Shown: in pieces, positions 42,515 to 52,756 of the stretch | Layout of the letters: each line of letters starts with the position of its first letter | Numbering within the stretch: the first letter of the stretch is position 1 | NCBI GenBank assembly: GCA_963716745.1 | Contig: OY970320.1 | Span: 800,001-864,000, forward strand | Reading direction: 5' to 3' | DNA from: an uncultured Gemmatimonadaceae bacterium | GTDB lineage: Bacteria; Gemmatimonadota; Gemmatimonadetes; Gemmatimonadales; Gemmatimonadaceae | Length of the DNA stretch: 64,000 bases | Position numbers and translations under genes: made by a program | Notes under the pieces: generated by a model | Databases searched by the model: none | Seen by the model: only the letters and a program-made list of their open reading frames with translations | What the model was told of the DNA's origin: nothing

Positions 42515-42791
42515 CCAACAGCGTGAGTACCGAGTCGTGCGTGTTCGACCACCAACGGCGTGCGTGCCGAGTCGTGCGTCTTCGACCACCAACAGCGTGC
42601 GTACCGAGTCGTGCGTGTTCGACCACCAACAGCGTGCGTACTGAGTCGGGCGTGTACTCACGACTCGGTACTCCCGCCCTCAGTGGTCGAACACGCACGA
42701 CTCGGTACGCACGCCCTCAGTGGTCGAACACGCACGACTCGGTACGCACGCCCATAGTGGTCGAACACGCACGACTTGGCACTCACGCTGT
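42515..42791. repeat. ~280-bp palindrome built from 37-bp tandem units
   Basis: About 3.8 copies of CCAACAGCGTGCGTACCGAGTCGTGCGTGTTCGACCA followed by about 3.8 inverted copies. Confidence 0.9.
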
Positions 42792-42831
42792 CAGGTCTTC
42801 CATTATTGTCTTGACATCAACATAATTAAGT

Positions 42832-44652
42832 GTGTCCGTCTCCCACGCGCGCGACCGGCTCGGCGATTTCACCACCCGGCCGCGCATGCTGCTCATCGCG
42901 GCCATGGCCTCCGTCACCGGCGTGTTCGGTGCGCTCGCCGCGGCCGCGCTCGTGTGGCTCATCGCGCACATCACCGCGCTCGCCTACTTCCAGAGCTTCG
43001 CGGCGAATGGCCTCGAGCCGGGGCTGAATCAGCTCGGCCTCTGGGCGGTCGGGGTCCCCGTCGCCGGCGGACTGATCATCGGCCTCATGGCGCGCTACGG
43101 ATCGGACAAGATCCGCGGGCATGGGATCCCGGAGGCCCTCGAGGCGATCCTGATCGGCCGCAGCCGCCTCAGTCTCAAGGTCGCGATCCTCAAGCCGCTC
43201 TCCTCCGCGATCGCGATCGGCACCGGCGGCCCGTTCGGCGCGGAAGGCCCGATCATCATGACGGGCGCGGCGCTCGGCTCGGTCTTCGCGCAGGCGTTCC
43301 GCGTGTCCGCCAACGAACGCAAGACGCTGCTCGTGTCCGGCGCCGCGGCGGGCATGGCGGCGATCTTCAACGCGCCGCTCGCGTCGACGCTGATCGCAGT
43401 GGAACTGCTGCTCTTCGAATGGAAGCCGCGCAGCTTCGTGCCGGTCGCGATCGCCGCGACGGTCGGTGCGGCGCTTCGCGTACCGCTGCTGGGGGCGGGG
43501 GCGGTGTTCCCCACCGCACCGCACGCCGCGCTCCCCATGAGCGGTCTCGTGATCGCGCTCGGCGTTGGCGCCATCGCGGGACTCGCCGCCACCGGGCTCA
43601 CGTGGATGGTATACGCGAGCGAGGACGCCTTCCTCAAACTGCCGATCCACTGGATGTGGTGGCCCGCGATCGGCGGCGTCGTCGTAGGACTCGGCGGCCT
43701 CGTCGCGCCGCGCGCCCTTGGAGTAGGGTACCCGGTGATCCGCGATCTCTTCGCCGGGCATCTCGTGGGCGGCGTGGTACTCGCACTGCTCGCGGCGAAG
43801 GCGGTGATGTGGTCGGTGGCGCTCGGCTCGGGGACATCTGGCGGCGTGCTCGCGCCGCTGTTGATCATGGGCGGCGCGCTCGGCGCCGCCGAGTCGGGGC
43901 TGATCCCAATGGGCGATCCGGGCATGTGGGCGATCATCAGCACGGCCGCCGTGATGGGCGGAACGATGCGATCGCCGCTCACGGCGATCGTCTTCCTTCT
44001 CGAACTGACGCACGATGTGAATCTTGTGGGCGGACTGCTCGTCGCGACCGCCGCATCCCACGCGGTGACCGTGCTGCTCATGCGTCGTTCCATTCTCACC
44101 GAGAAGGTCGCGCGGCGCGGCCATCACGTGATGCGCGAACTCGCCGTGAATCCGCTCGCGCTCTTCCGGGTGGATGACGTAATGCATCCACCCACATCCA
44201 GCCTCCCCGCCGACACGCTGCTCGATGCCGCATTCGAGCGCCGGCTGCATGATGATCCACAGCTCAACCGGGCCCGTGCATGGCCGCTGGTGGACGCGAA
44301 CGGATCGCTCGCGGGCATCCTCACGCGCGGGGACATCGAGCGCGCGCGTCGCGATGCGGCCGACGGCGCGCGGCCCGCCGTCGAGGCCGGCACCACGACG
44401 CTCACAGTCGCCTACCCCGAGGAATTGCTCGAGGAGGCGATCAACGCGATGATCGTGAACGATCTGCGGCAGCTCCCCGTCGTCGATCGCAAGGCGCCCA
44501 CCCGCCTGCTCGGCATGATCGACGCCACCGCCATCGCCGCCGCGTGGGCCGAGTTGCGCGACGAAGATCATGTGCGCGAGGCCGGCGAACTGACGGCGGC
44601 CGTGCGGCTGTTCCGGCGAAAAGTCGCGCGGCTCCGCGCGGGACTGAAGTAG
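42832..44652 (+). CDS. ClC chloride channel/antiporter with CBS pair
   Basis: GHGIPEA, GGPFGAEGP, SGTSGGVLAP, C-terminal CBS. Confidence 0.93.
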   Translation: MSVSHARDRLGDFTTRPRMLLIAAMASVTGVFGALAAAALVWLIAHITALAYFQSFAANGLEPGLNQLGLWAVGVPVAGGLIIGLMARYGSDKIRGHGIPEALEAILIGRSRLSLKVAILKPLSSAIAIGTGGPFGAEGPIIMTGAALGSVFAQAFRVSANERKTLLVSGAAAGMAAIFNAPLASTLIAVELLLFEWKPRSFVPVAIAATVGAALRVPLLGAGAVFPTAPHAALPMSGLVIALGVGAIAGLAATGLTWMVYASEDAFLKLPIHWMWWPAIGGVVVGLGGLVAPRALGVGYPVIRDLFAGHLVGGVVLALLAAKAVMWSVALGSGTSGGVLAPLLIMGGALGAAESGLIPMGDPGMWAIISTAAVMGGTMRSPLTAIVFLLELTHDVNLVGGLLVATAASHAVTVLLMRRSILTEKVARRGHHVMRELAVNPLALFRVDDVMHPPTSSLPADTLLDAAFERRLHDDPQLNRARAWPLVDANGSLAGILTRGDIERARRDAADGARPAVEAGTTTLTVAYPEELLEEAINAMIVNDLRQLPVVDRKAPTRLLGMIDATAIAAAWAELRDEDHVREAGELTAAVRLFRRKVARLRAGLK

Positions 44653-44657
44653 GGCCT

Positions 44658-44719
44658 AACAGCGGGCTGTCGGCTGTTGGCGGTCGCAGGCAACAGCCGA
44701 CAGCCGACAGTCCGCCGTT
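44658..44719. repeat. Family D palindromic element (CTGTCGG heptamers)
   Basis: AACAGCGGGCTGTCGGCTGTTGG...CAACAGCCGACAGCCGACAGTCCGCCGTT. Confidence 0.85.
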
Positions 44720-44746
44720 GACTTCTCAGTCATTCGCCCTTACCAT
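44718..44746 (+). promoter_or_regulatory. Sigma70-type promoter of padR-ADOP
   Basis: TTGACT(44718)-N17-TACCAT(44741). Confidence 0.55.
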
Positions 44747-44784
44747 TACCTAGCCAGCTATACCTAACTACCTCTGCCTCTCAC

Positions 44785-45120
44785 ATGGCCAAGCCGAAGA
44801 ACGACATCCTGCAGGGCACGCTCGCGCTGATCGTCCTCAAGACGCTCGCGTCGCGCGGGCCGCTCCACGGATATGCGATCACGCAGCTCATCCAGGAGCG
44901 CTCGGCCGAGCTGCTGCGGGTGGAGGAAGGATCGCTCTACCCCGCCCTGCGGCGCATGGAAGAGGACGGGTGGGTGAAGGGGAAATGGGGCGTCACGGAC
45001 AAGAATCGTGAGGCGCGCTTCTATGCCATCACGGCGCCCGGCCGCAAACAGCTCGCCGAAGAAGAAGAGAGCTGGCAGCGCCTCACCACCGGCGTCGCGC
45101 GCGTTCTGCGCTTCGCGTAA
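44785..45120 (+). CDS. PadR family regulator (acidobacterial type)
   Basis: LQGTL..HGYAI..VEEGSLYPAL..NREARFY. Confidence 0.93.
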   Translation: MAKPKNDILQGTLALIVLKTLASRGPLHGYAITQLIQERSAELLRVEEGSLYPALRRMEEDGWVKGKWGVTDKNREARFYAITAPGRKQLAEEEESWQRLTTGVARVLRFA

Positions 45121-45143
45121 GACTTCGTCACGGAGCCACCGCC

Positions 45144-47822
45144 ATGTCCCTGTTCACCCGGATCGCCAACGCACTGCGCGACGAGCGCCTCTCCAAGGAA
45201 CTCGATCGCGAGCAGCGTTTTCATCTCGCCGAGCGCACCGAGGCGCTCATCGCATCCGGGATGACGCCCGCGGAGGCGGCACGCGAGGCGCGGCGGAAGT
45301 TCGGGAACAGACTGGGAATGAAGGAACGCTCACGCGACGCCAGCGTGCTCGGCTGGCTCGATACCCTGCTCGCCGATGTGCGCTATGCGGTGCGTGGCCT
45401 CTTTGCGACGCCGGGCTTCACTATCGTAGCCGTGCTTTCGCTCGCGCTGGGCATCGGCGCGAACAGCGCGATCTTCACGCTCGCGAACGCGCTCGTCTTC
45501 AAGACGCTGCCGGTGCACGACCCCGAACAGCTTGTGGCCGTTTCAATGAGCGGCCCCGGCGGCGACGAGTTCACGAACCCGCTCTGGGAACAGATCCGCG
45601 ACACGCCCGGCCTGCTCACCGGCGCATTCGCGTACGCCACGTCCGATTTCAACCTTGCGGACGGCGGTGAGCAGCGCAGCGTGCCGGGCGCGTGGGTGAG
45701 CGGCGACTTCTTCTCGATCCTCGGCGTGCGCGCAGTGGCGGGACGCACGCTCGTTCACAGCGATGACGTGCGCGGGTGCGCTCCCGTGGCCGCGGTGAGT
45801 GCGGGTTTCGCGCAGCGCGAGTTCGGCGGCGCCGAGCAAGCGGTGGGAAAGAGCGTGTCGCTCAACGGGCATCCCTTCACCGTGGTCGGCGCGATCGATC
45901 CCGACTTCTTCGGGATCAACATTGGCCGCACGGTGGACGTTTATACGCCGCAGTGCGCGCAGGCCGTGCTCAACGGTCCTACCTACCTCGACCGGCGCAG
46001 CACCTGGTATCTGAACGTCGCGGGGCGCCTCCCCGCCGGCGTCTCGGCGGCGCAGCTGCAGACGCGCCTGCGGGCGGCCTCGCCGCCGATCTTCGCCGCG
46101 ACGCTGCCGGAACGGTGGGGCGCGGCCGATCAGAAGGAGTATCTCAAGACGACGCTCACGCTCTCGCCCGCGGCCACCGGTTTCTCGGAGACGCGCGACC
46201 GTTATCGCGGCGCGCTCTTCACGCTGATGGCGGTCGTCGGCGTCGTGCTGCTCATCGCCTGCGCCAACATCGCGAATCTGTTGCTCGCGCGCGCCGCCGC
46301 GCGCGAACGCGAGATCGCGATCCGCCTGGCGATCGGCGCGGGGCGCGGACGCGTAGTCCGCCAATTGCTCACCGAGAGCCTCGTGCTCGCCTCCGCCGGC
46401 GCGATGTTGGGCCTCGTCTTCGCTCAGTGGGCCGGCGGGCTGCTCGTGGGCTTCATGTCGAGCGCCAAACGCCCTCTCTGGCTCGACCTGTCGCTTGACT
46501 GGCGCGTGGTGGCGTTCACGACCGGCGTCGCGGTGCTCACTGCCGTGCTGTTCGGTCTCGTGCCGGCGTGGCGCGCGACGCGCGTCGATCCGCAGGCCGC
46601 GCTCAAGGCGGGCGGCCGCGGCCTCGTTGGCGGCAGGTCGCGCCACCGGCTGGGCAAGGCACTGGTCGTGGCACAGGTCGCGCTCTCGCTCGCACTCGTC
46701 GCGGCGGCCGGCCTGCTCGTGAACAGTTTCCGGCGGCTCACGCAGTTCGATCCGGGCTTCCGGCGCGCGGGGGTGCTCGTCACTCATTTCGAACTCAGGA
46801 ACACCGGGCTCAAGGATGCGGCGCTCGACGAGGCGAAGAACGAGATCCTCCGCGGTGCGCGCCTGCTCCCCGGCGTCACGAGCGCAAGTCTTTCGCTGCT
46901 CACGCCCATTGGCAACATGCAGTGGGACGAATTCGTGGTCGTGCCGGGGGTGACCCCACACAGTCACAAGGACTCCGTCGTCTATTTCAATTCGGTCGCC
47001 GACGGCTACTTCACGACGCTTGGCACCCCCTTCGTCGCCGGACGCGACATCACGCCGGATGACATCGCGCAGAAACGGCACGTGGCGGTCGTGAACGAGA
47101 CAATGGCCAAGTACTGGTTCGGTTCGACGAGCCCGATCGGCCGGAGTTTCCGTACCGCCTTCAGCGATTCGGTCTCGCCCCCGATCGAGGTGGTGGGTGT
47201 GGTGCGCGACACGAAATACGCTCGCATCGACGAGACACCGCTCGCGATCGCCTATCTCCCGATCGGCCAGGCCGAATCGACTGGACCGTTCATTGAGCTC
47301 GTCATGCGCAGCGCGGGGGATCCCGCCGCACTCATGCCTGCCGTGCGAAAACTCGCGGCCGGCGTGAGTCCGAAGATCTCGCTCGATTTCACGACGCTCG
47401 AGGCGCAAGTGGATGCGTCACTCGCGCGCCCGCGCTTGCTCGCTTCGCTGTCGGGCTTCATGGGTGCGTTGGCGCTGCTGCTCGCGGTGATCGGATTGTA
47501 TGGCATGATGTCGTACGATGTGAATAGGCGCCGCAATGAGATCGGGATCCGAAAGGCCCTGGGCGCGGCGGATCCGGCGCTGTGGCGAATGGTCGTGCGC
47601 GAGGCCGCGCGATTGATCTTCCTTGGGGTGGCGATCGGAGCGCTCATTGCCGTGGCGAGTACGCGGTTGATGAATGCGTTCCTGTTCGGATTGACCGCGA
47701 CGGATCCGGGAACGTTCGTGATGGCGGCGGTGGTGCTTGGGAGTGCGGGGATGATCGCGGCATTTTTGCCGGCGTGGAGGGCGAGTCGGATGTCGCCTAT
47801 GACGGCATTGCGAGAAGAATAG
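45144..47822 (+). CDS. ADOP-type duplicated ABC permease (MacB/FtsX domains)
   Basis: ARRKFG prefix, LALGIGANSAIF, LLIACANIANLLLAR, EIGIRKALGA. Confidence 0.93.
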   Translation: MSLFTRIANALRDERLSKELDREQRFHLAERTEALIASGMTPAEAAREARRKFGNRLGMKERSRDASVLGWLDTLLADVRYAVRGLFATPGFTIVAVLSLALGIGANSAIFTLANALVFKTLPVHDPEQLVAVSMSGPGGDEFTNPLWEQIRDTPGLLTGAFAYATSDFNLADGGEQRSVPGAWVSGDFFSILGVRAVAGRTLVHSDDVRGCAPVAAVSAGFAQREFGGAEQAVGKSVSLNGHPFTVVGAIDPDFFGINIGRTVDVYTPQCAQAVLNGPTYLDRRSTWYLNVAGRLPAGVSAAQLQTRLRAASPPIFAATLPERWGAADQKEYLKTTLTLSPAATGFSETRDRYRGALFTLMAVVGVVLLIACANIANLLLARAAAREREIAIRLAIGAGRGRVVRQLLTESLVLASAGAMLGLVFAQWAGGLLVGFMSSAKRPLWLDLSLDWRVVAFTTGVAVLTAVLFGLVPAWRATRVDPQAALKAGGRGLVGGRSRHRLGKALVVAQVALSLALVAAAGLLVNSFRRLTQFDPGFRRAGVLVTHFELRNTGLKDAALDEAKNEILRGARLLPGVTSASLSLLTPIGNMQWDEFVVVPGVTPHSHKDSVVYFNSVADGYFTTLGTPFVAGRDITPDDIAQKRHVAVVNETMAKYWFGSTSPIGRSFRTAFSDSVSPPIEVVGVVRDTKYARIDETPLAIAYLPIGQAESTGPFIELVMRSAGDPAALMPAVRKLAAGVSPKISLDFTTLEAQVDASLARPRLLASLSGFMGALALLLAVIGLYGMMSYDVNRRRNEIGIRKALGAADPALWRMVVREAARLIFLGVAIGALIAVASTRLMNAFLFGLTATDPGTFVMAAVVLGSAGMIAAFLPAWRASRMSPMTALREE

Positions 47823-47827
47823 GGGCG

Positions 47828-48100
47828 AACTGCTCACTTCATCACCAGGGCGCTTAAGGCTGCAGTAGACAGCAAACAGTCACGAGTGACTGCCAGTCTA
47901 CAGTCAACAGCTCACAGGTCACAGAAAACATCGCTTCGAGTGAACGGGGTCTCGAGATGCCGAACCAGCATCACGAGACCCCGTATTCGCACTTCACCGC
48001 TTTCTGTGACCTGTTGACTGTTGACTGTAGACTGGCAGTCACTCGTGACTGTTTGCTGTTGACTGCAATTCTAAGTGCACTGGTGATGACGTGCGTAGTT
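47828..48100. repeat. Family B palindromic element with extended arms
   Basis: AACTGC..CATCACCAGGGCGCTTA..CTGCAGT...ACTGCA..TAAGTGCACTGGTGATG..GTAGTT. Confidence 0.9.
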
Positions 48101-48977
48101 AGTGGAGTGGCCGCAACACGATCGCCCCACGGAAAGTCCGAATAACCACCCTTCCCGCGCTGGCACTGGGTCCGAGTCCGATACGGATCGCACTCCCCTT
48201 CCCTCCCGGCGCGGCAACGGCACGCACAGTCGACATCTCATTCGATATCGTCCCAGCGATCGTCGACAATTCGAAGACGCCGGCAACGTCACGCGGCATC
48301 ACCATCACCACCGCGCCGGCGTGATCGGTGAAATCCAGCACTCCGCCCGCGGCCGGAGCGCCGGTGAAAGCAATATCGCCTGACACCGACGCGAATCGCC
48401 CGCGCACGATCGCCGGCGCGGCGACCTCGATCGCGCCACCGACGGTGGATATATCTACATCCTCAGGCGCGCCGCGGAGAACGATCTTCCCGTCGCCTGT
48501 CTGCGCGCGAACGACCGGCGCGGTCACGGCCACCGCGATGTCACCCGTGATGGTCTGCACATCCACTGCGCGCGAGTCACCATCGATCGACATGCGGCCC
48601 GATACCGAATAGAACCAGCCCGACACCCCGCTCGCCGCGATGTCGGCGGTCACGGCCTTCACCGAGACGTTGCTCCCGCGCGGCACCATGATCTCGAACG
48701 TCAATGCGCCCGGCACTGCGTCGTCGGCGCGTGGCATGATGCCAAGCTTGAGCCCATGACGGTCGCCGCTGAGATAGAAGCGCTCGCCGCGCGCGACCCG
48801 GCCGCGCACGACCACGGAATCCTTGTCCCACGCCGTGATCCGCACGGCGCCGGCGGGGTCGAACACTTTCACGCCGACATTCGCCTCAGTGGCGCGCGCG
48901 CCAAGCCACGGCAGCTGCGCGCGTGCGGCCGGCGCGATGAGCGCCAGCACGAGCGCTACAACCGCGCTATGACGCAT
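48099..48977 (-). CDS. DUF4097 (adhesin-like beta-repeat) protein
   Basis: ITAWDKDSV, IMVPRGS, repeated sv.G.i units. Confidence 0.8.
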   Translation of the reverse strand: MRHSAVVALVLALIAPAARAQLPWLGARATEANVGVKVFDPAGAVRITAWDKDSVVVRGRVARGERFYLSGDRHGLKLGIMPRADDAVPGALTFEIMVPRGSNVSVKAVTADIAASGVSGWFYSVSGRMSIDGDSRAVDVQTITGDIAVAVTAPVVRAQTGDGKIVLRGAPEDVDISTVGGAIEVAAPAIVRGRFASVSGDIAFTGAPAAGGVLDFTDHAGAVVMVMPRDVAGVFELSTIAGTISNEMSTVRAVAAPGGKGSAIRIGLGPSASAGRVVIRTFRGAIVLRPLH

Positions 48978-49605
48978 TGCCCACCCGCTTGAGCACGTCC
49001 AGTTTGCGCCGGTACGACGCGGCGAGCATCTGCCGCAGCGCCGGATTGTTCGGGTCGGCCTTGATCGCGCTGTCGAGCTCGGCGATCGCGACATCACATT
49101 CCTTGAGATCGCGATCGATCGCCGCCGAAGTCTCCGTGCGGAGCAGGCCGCGGCGCAATTCGAGATCGCTCATGAGGTCGGCGATCTGCTCGCGATAGGC
49201 GTTCGCGGAATCGGCGGACGCGGTGAACGCGACGCTATCGGGTGGCGCGAACAGTGGCCCGGGATCGCCCGACGGCCGGCGCCCGATCGCGAAGGTCAGC
49301 ACGACCAGCACCGCCGCCGCCACGCCCGACACGATCCATCGCCACGGGCGCCGCGCCGCGGGCGTGCCCGGCAGCGCGACGACTTTGCCGCGCTCGATCC
49401 GTGCGCGGATCGCCGGCCATTCGTCGGGTACGGACTCTCGCAACGGCGCGCCCTCGCGGGCCCGCGCGATCAGTGCGCGCAGGCGCGCGACATCCGCCGC
49501 GCACTCTTCGCACGCCTCGAGGTGCGCTGCCATGTCCGCCAATCGTCGCGCGTCCAGCGTGCCATCGGCGGCGCCCTGCCGCTCCGATTCCGTGAGATGA
49601 TTCAT
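48967..49605 (-). CDS. zf-HC2 anti-sigma factor
   Basis: HLEACEEC, TM helix, ADPNN..L..SY.RKLD. Confidence 0.85.
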   Translation of the reverse strand: MNHLTESERQGAADGTLDARRLADMAAHLEACEECAADVARLRALIARAREGAPLRESVPDEWPAIRARIERGKVVALPGTPAARRPWRWIVSGVAAAVLVVLTFAIGRRPSGDPGPLFAPPDSVAFTASADSANAYREQIADLMSDLELRRGLLRTETSAAIDRDLKECDVAIAELDSAIKADPNNPALRQMLAASYRRKLDVLKRVGNAS

Positions 49606-50177
49606 AGGTCCAAATGCCTCATGAGTTGCCGTCGCGCCCGCCACAATTGTGCGCGCGATGTGCCGGCCGCCGTGCCGGTGAGCGTCGCGATCTCGTCGTG
49701 CGAATAGCCCTGCATGTCGTGCAGCACGAACACCACGCGGGCGCCCTCGGGGAGCCGCGCGAGCGCGGCCTCGAGATCCAGCCGCGAATCCACATCGTCG
49801 CCCGGCAATGGAGAGCGCTCGATCGCCTCGTCGCTGTCGGGGATCCAACGATCTTCCTGCCGCCCGCCGGCGCGAAAGCGGTTGAGGATCACGTTCACAC
49901 CCAGTCAATGCAGCCAGGTGGAGAATGCGCTGTGGCCCTTGAAACTGCCGAGCTGTTCCCACGCGCGCACGAAGATATCCTGCACCAATTCCGGCACCTG
50001 CCCCGGATCGCGCGCCATGCGCCGCGCAAGCGCGGTGACCGCCGGCGCGTGGGCGCGGTACAGACGCTCGAAGGCCGCGACATCGCCGCCGTGTGCGCGC
50101 CGCACGAGCTCGTCGTCCGGGAGCAGATCGGCGACGGTCACCGATCGCTCACGGAGCGGCGAGGTGCGCGCGCGCAT
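49602..50177 (-). CDS. ECF sigma factor (frameshift near 49905)
   Basis: GDVAAFERLY..ELVQDIFVRAW..SAFSTWLH; FVLHDMQGYSHDEIA..SRAQLWRAR. Confidence 0.9.
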
Positions 50178-50198
50178 ACGACGGCGTCCGGTCGCGTG

Positions 50199-50651
50199 CT
50201 AGCGGCTGCGCGTGGCAGCGAGCGTGGCCAGCGTGGAATCGATCTCACGTGCCGAGATCGCAGAAGGCACGCGGTCGCCGTTGGATTGCGTTCGCATCGG
50301 GATATCGACGGCCGCGACCTGCCCGTTCGCGCCGATGCTCACAAGCGCGGTAGTGTTCTTGAGCGTGACGCTGATCAGCCACGCGCCCGAATTCGGCCAT
50401 TGTTTGCGCACGGCAAAAGTGCCGGGTTGGCCCGTGGCGTCGAGCTTGACCGTGATGGTCTCACGGGCGCCGTTCACGAGCCCTTCGGCGGTGGCGGAGA
50501 GGTCTGCGAGTTGCGGCGTGCCTTCGCGAGTCATCGCGTGGACGAGGAAGATCGCGTTGCGGGTTGAAGGATCGTAGGGATTTACTGGAGATTCGATGCT
50601 CAGCCATGGGGGCCAGAAGAAGAGGAGGGCTGCGAGGAGGATTGGTTTCAT
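50199..50651 (-). CDS. Conserved hypothetical exported protein
   Basis: PPWLSIESPVNPYD..TAEGLVNG; AGGAG RBS. Confidence 0.7.
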   Translation of the reverse strand: MKPILLAALLFFWPPWLSIESPVNPYDPSTRNAIFLVHAMTREGTPQLADLSATAEGLVNGARETITVKLDATGQPGTFAVRKQWPNSGAWLISVTLKNTTALVSIGANGQVAAVDIPMRTQSNGDRVPSAISAREIDSTLATLAATRSR

Positions 50652-50698
50652 TTTGGGCTCCTGGTGGGGGGCTGTTGTATGTGACACCAGGTCCAGGC

Positions 50699-50980
50699 AA
50701 CTGCTTACGGCCACTTCGCTACCAGGGCGCTTACGGCTGCAGTCAACAGCAAACAGTCACGAGTAACGGCCAGTCGACAGTCAACAGTCACAGGTCACAG
50801 AGCACGGTGCGGTGCGCCAGCGCGGGTCTCGCGATGCCGATTCGGCATCGCAGAACCGGCGTACGCGCAGTTTCACAAGTTTTCTGTGACCTGTTGACTG
50901 TTGACTGTAGACTGGCGGTCACTCGTGACTGTTTGCTGTTGACTGCAATTCTAAGCGCACTGGTGATGCAGTGAGTAGTT
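50699..50980. repeat. Family B palindromic element with extended arms
   Basis: AACTGC..ACCAGGGCGCTTA..CTGCAGT...TAAGCGCACTGGTGATG..GTAGTT. Confidence 0.9.
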
Positions 50981-50986
50981 CGCGCA

Positions 50987-51757
50987 TCACTCCCACCGAA
51001 ATACCCGTGTCGCAACCGCAACACAAATAACAAACCCCACAACCAACGCCCCCACATCCGGCAAATGCGCGATCCATCCTTCCCCGTTCCATATCCCACT
51101 CATCAACTGCACGGCGTACGTAAGCGGTAACAAATGCGCCACCACTCGCAACCACGCGGGGAACGCTGAGATCGGCGCGAACAGTCCCGACACCGCGATC
51201 ATGGGATACAGTATCATCGCCCCAACAGGCTGTGCGAAGCGCGCGGTGGGGACCACGCTCGCGATCAGGAAACCGATCGCAAGAATGCTCCACGTACTGA
51301 GCACCACCGCGAATCCGAAGCTCACATACGGGACATCCACGTTCGGCGGCAGATAGCGGCGGCCGGCGAGGATCATCAGCGTCATCGTCACCGCCGTGAG
51401 CAGCAATTTCACGAGCACGTGCGCGGTGAGGATCGTGGTGGGACGCAGCGGCGTCGCGCGCAGGCGCTTGAGGATCCCGCCTTCGCGGTAGATCGAGATG
51501 ATCGTCACGAGCGACAGTACGGCATTGATCGCGATGATGCAGGCGACGAACACCGGCAGGCTGTTGCGCGCGAAGCTCGTGACCGGCCCGGCCGGCTGTG
51601 GCGCCATCGCATCCACGCGCACCAACGCGCGGCTCATGATCACGAACGCCAACACCGGCACGAGGATCCCGCCGATCGCGCCAAGGGGTTCGCGCAGGAA
51701 GATCTTGATCTCGAGCCAGGTGAGGCGCGGCAGCCCGCGCAGGACGTCGAGTCGCAT
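50987..51757 (-). CDS. ABC-2 type permease
   Basis: YREGGILKRLRATP, six TM segments, LPLTY. Confidence 0.9.
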   Translation of the reverse strand: MRLDVLRGLPRLTWLEIKIFLREPLGAIGGILVPVLAFVIMSRALVRVDAMAPQPAGPVTSFARNSLPVFVACIIAINAVLSLVTIISIYREGGILKRLRATPLRPTTILTAHVLVKLLLTAVTMTLMILAGRRYLPPNVDVPYVSFGFAVVLSTWSILAIGFLIASVVPTARFAQPVGAMILYPMIAVSGLFAPISAFPAWLRVVAHLLPLTYAVQLMSGIWNGEGWIAHLPDVGALVVGFVICVAVATRVFRWE

Positions 51758-52680
51758 CAATCGCGGATCGAGTGGCCGGTGAGCTTGAGGAACACATCCT
51801 CGAGGTTCGGCAGCTCGGTGCGGAATTCACTCACGCGCATCCCGTTGTCGGAGATGCACTGGATCACGTCGGTGACGAGATCGTTGCCCACGCCGCGCAC
51901 GGTGTATTGCGTCTCGCGCACGACCACGGATTCGACGCCCTTCACTCCACGGAAACGCTCGGCGGCGGCCGGATCGCTCGTCGTGAGCACCACCGATCGC
52001 TCGGGGCAGTGACGGTCTACCAGGCGCTGAGGCGTGTCGGCGTCGATGATGCGGCCACGTTCGATGATGGCCACGCGGTCGCAGAGGCGCTCCGCCTCCT
52101 CCATGAGATGCGTCGTGAGGAACACCGTCTTGCCGCGCTCGCGGATGCCGCGCACCAGCGTCCAGATCGCCCGGCGCGCTTGCGGATCGAGTCCGGTGGT
52201 GAGCTCATCGAGGAACACCACCTCGGGATCGTTGATCAGCGCGAGCGCGATGAAGAGCCGCTGTTTCTGGCCGCCGGAGAGCGTCATGAACCACGCTTCG
52301 CGCTTGTCCTCGAGACCGAGCTGTTCGAGCAGCTTCTCGCCCGCGCTCGCGGGCTTGCGGTAGAGCGCGGCCCAGAGATGCACGGCCTCCCACACCTTGA
52401 TGCGCTTCTGCAATTGCGCCTGCTGCAACTGCACGCCCACGCGTTCCTGCAGCGCGTACGCGTCCCGCAGCGGATCGAGGCCGAGCACTTGCACCGTGCC
52501 GCCCTCGAAGCGCCGCAGTCCCTCGACGCATTCCATGGTGGTGGTCTTCCCCGCCCCGTTCGGGCCGATGAGCCCGAAGATCTCGCCGTCGTTGACGGTG
52601 AACGAGACGTCGTTGACGGCGAGGAAACTGCCGTAGCTTTTTCGGAGGGAGGAGACGGCGATGACGGCGGACGACGGCAT
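51757..52680 (-). CDS. ABC transporter ATP-binding protein
   Basis: GPNGAGKT, LSGGQ, FLDE, TTH. Confidence 0.95.
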   Translation of the reverse strand: MPSSAVIAVSSLRKSYGSFLAVNDVSFTVNDGEIFGLIGPNGAGKTTTMECVEGLRRFEGGTVQVLGLDPLRDAYALQERVGVQLQQAQLQKRIKVWEAVHLWAALYRKPASAGEKLLEQLGLEDKREAWFMTLSGGQKQRLFIALALINDPEVVFLDELTTGLDPQARRAIWTLVRGIRERGKTVFLTTHLMEEAERLCDRVAIIERGRIIDADTPQRLVDRHCPERSVVLTTSDPAAAERFRGVKGVESVVVRETQYTVRGVGNDLVTDVIQCISDNGMRVSEFRTELPNLEDVFLKLTGHSIRD

Positions 52681-52686
52681 TCTCTA

Positions 52687-52754
52687 AACTACCACGGCGG
52701 ACTGTCGGCTGTCGGCTGTTGCCTGCGACAGTCGACAGTCGACAGTCCGCCGTT
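52687..52754. repeat. Family D palindromic element
   Basis: AACTAC..ACGGCGGACTGTCGGCTGTCGGCTGT...GACAGTCGACAGTCCGCCGTT. Confidence 0.85.
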
Positions 52755-52756
52755 CG

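Noticed and set aside
42515..42791. CRISPR array
   Set aside because: The 37-bp units are contiguous with no unique spacers, orientation inverts midway, and there are no cas genes.
42803..42826. TGTC-type or canonical promoter before the ClC gene
   Set aside because: TGTC-to-CATAAT spacing is 10 and TTGACA is far too close to the -10; more likely an AT-rich operator, unsupported.
50665..50686. Additional TGTCAC promoter site upstream of 50651
   Set aside because: The hexamer 12 nt downstream is CCCCCA, not nAnnnT.
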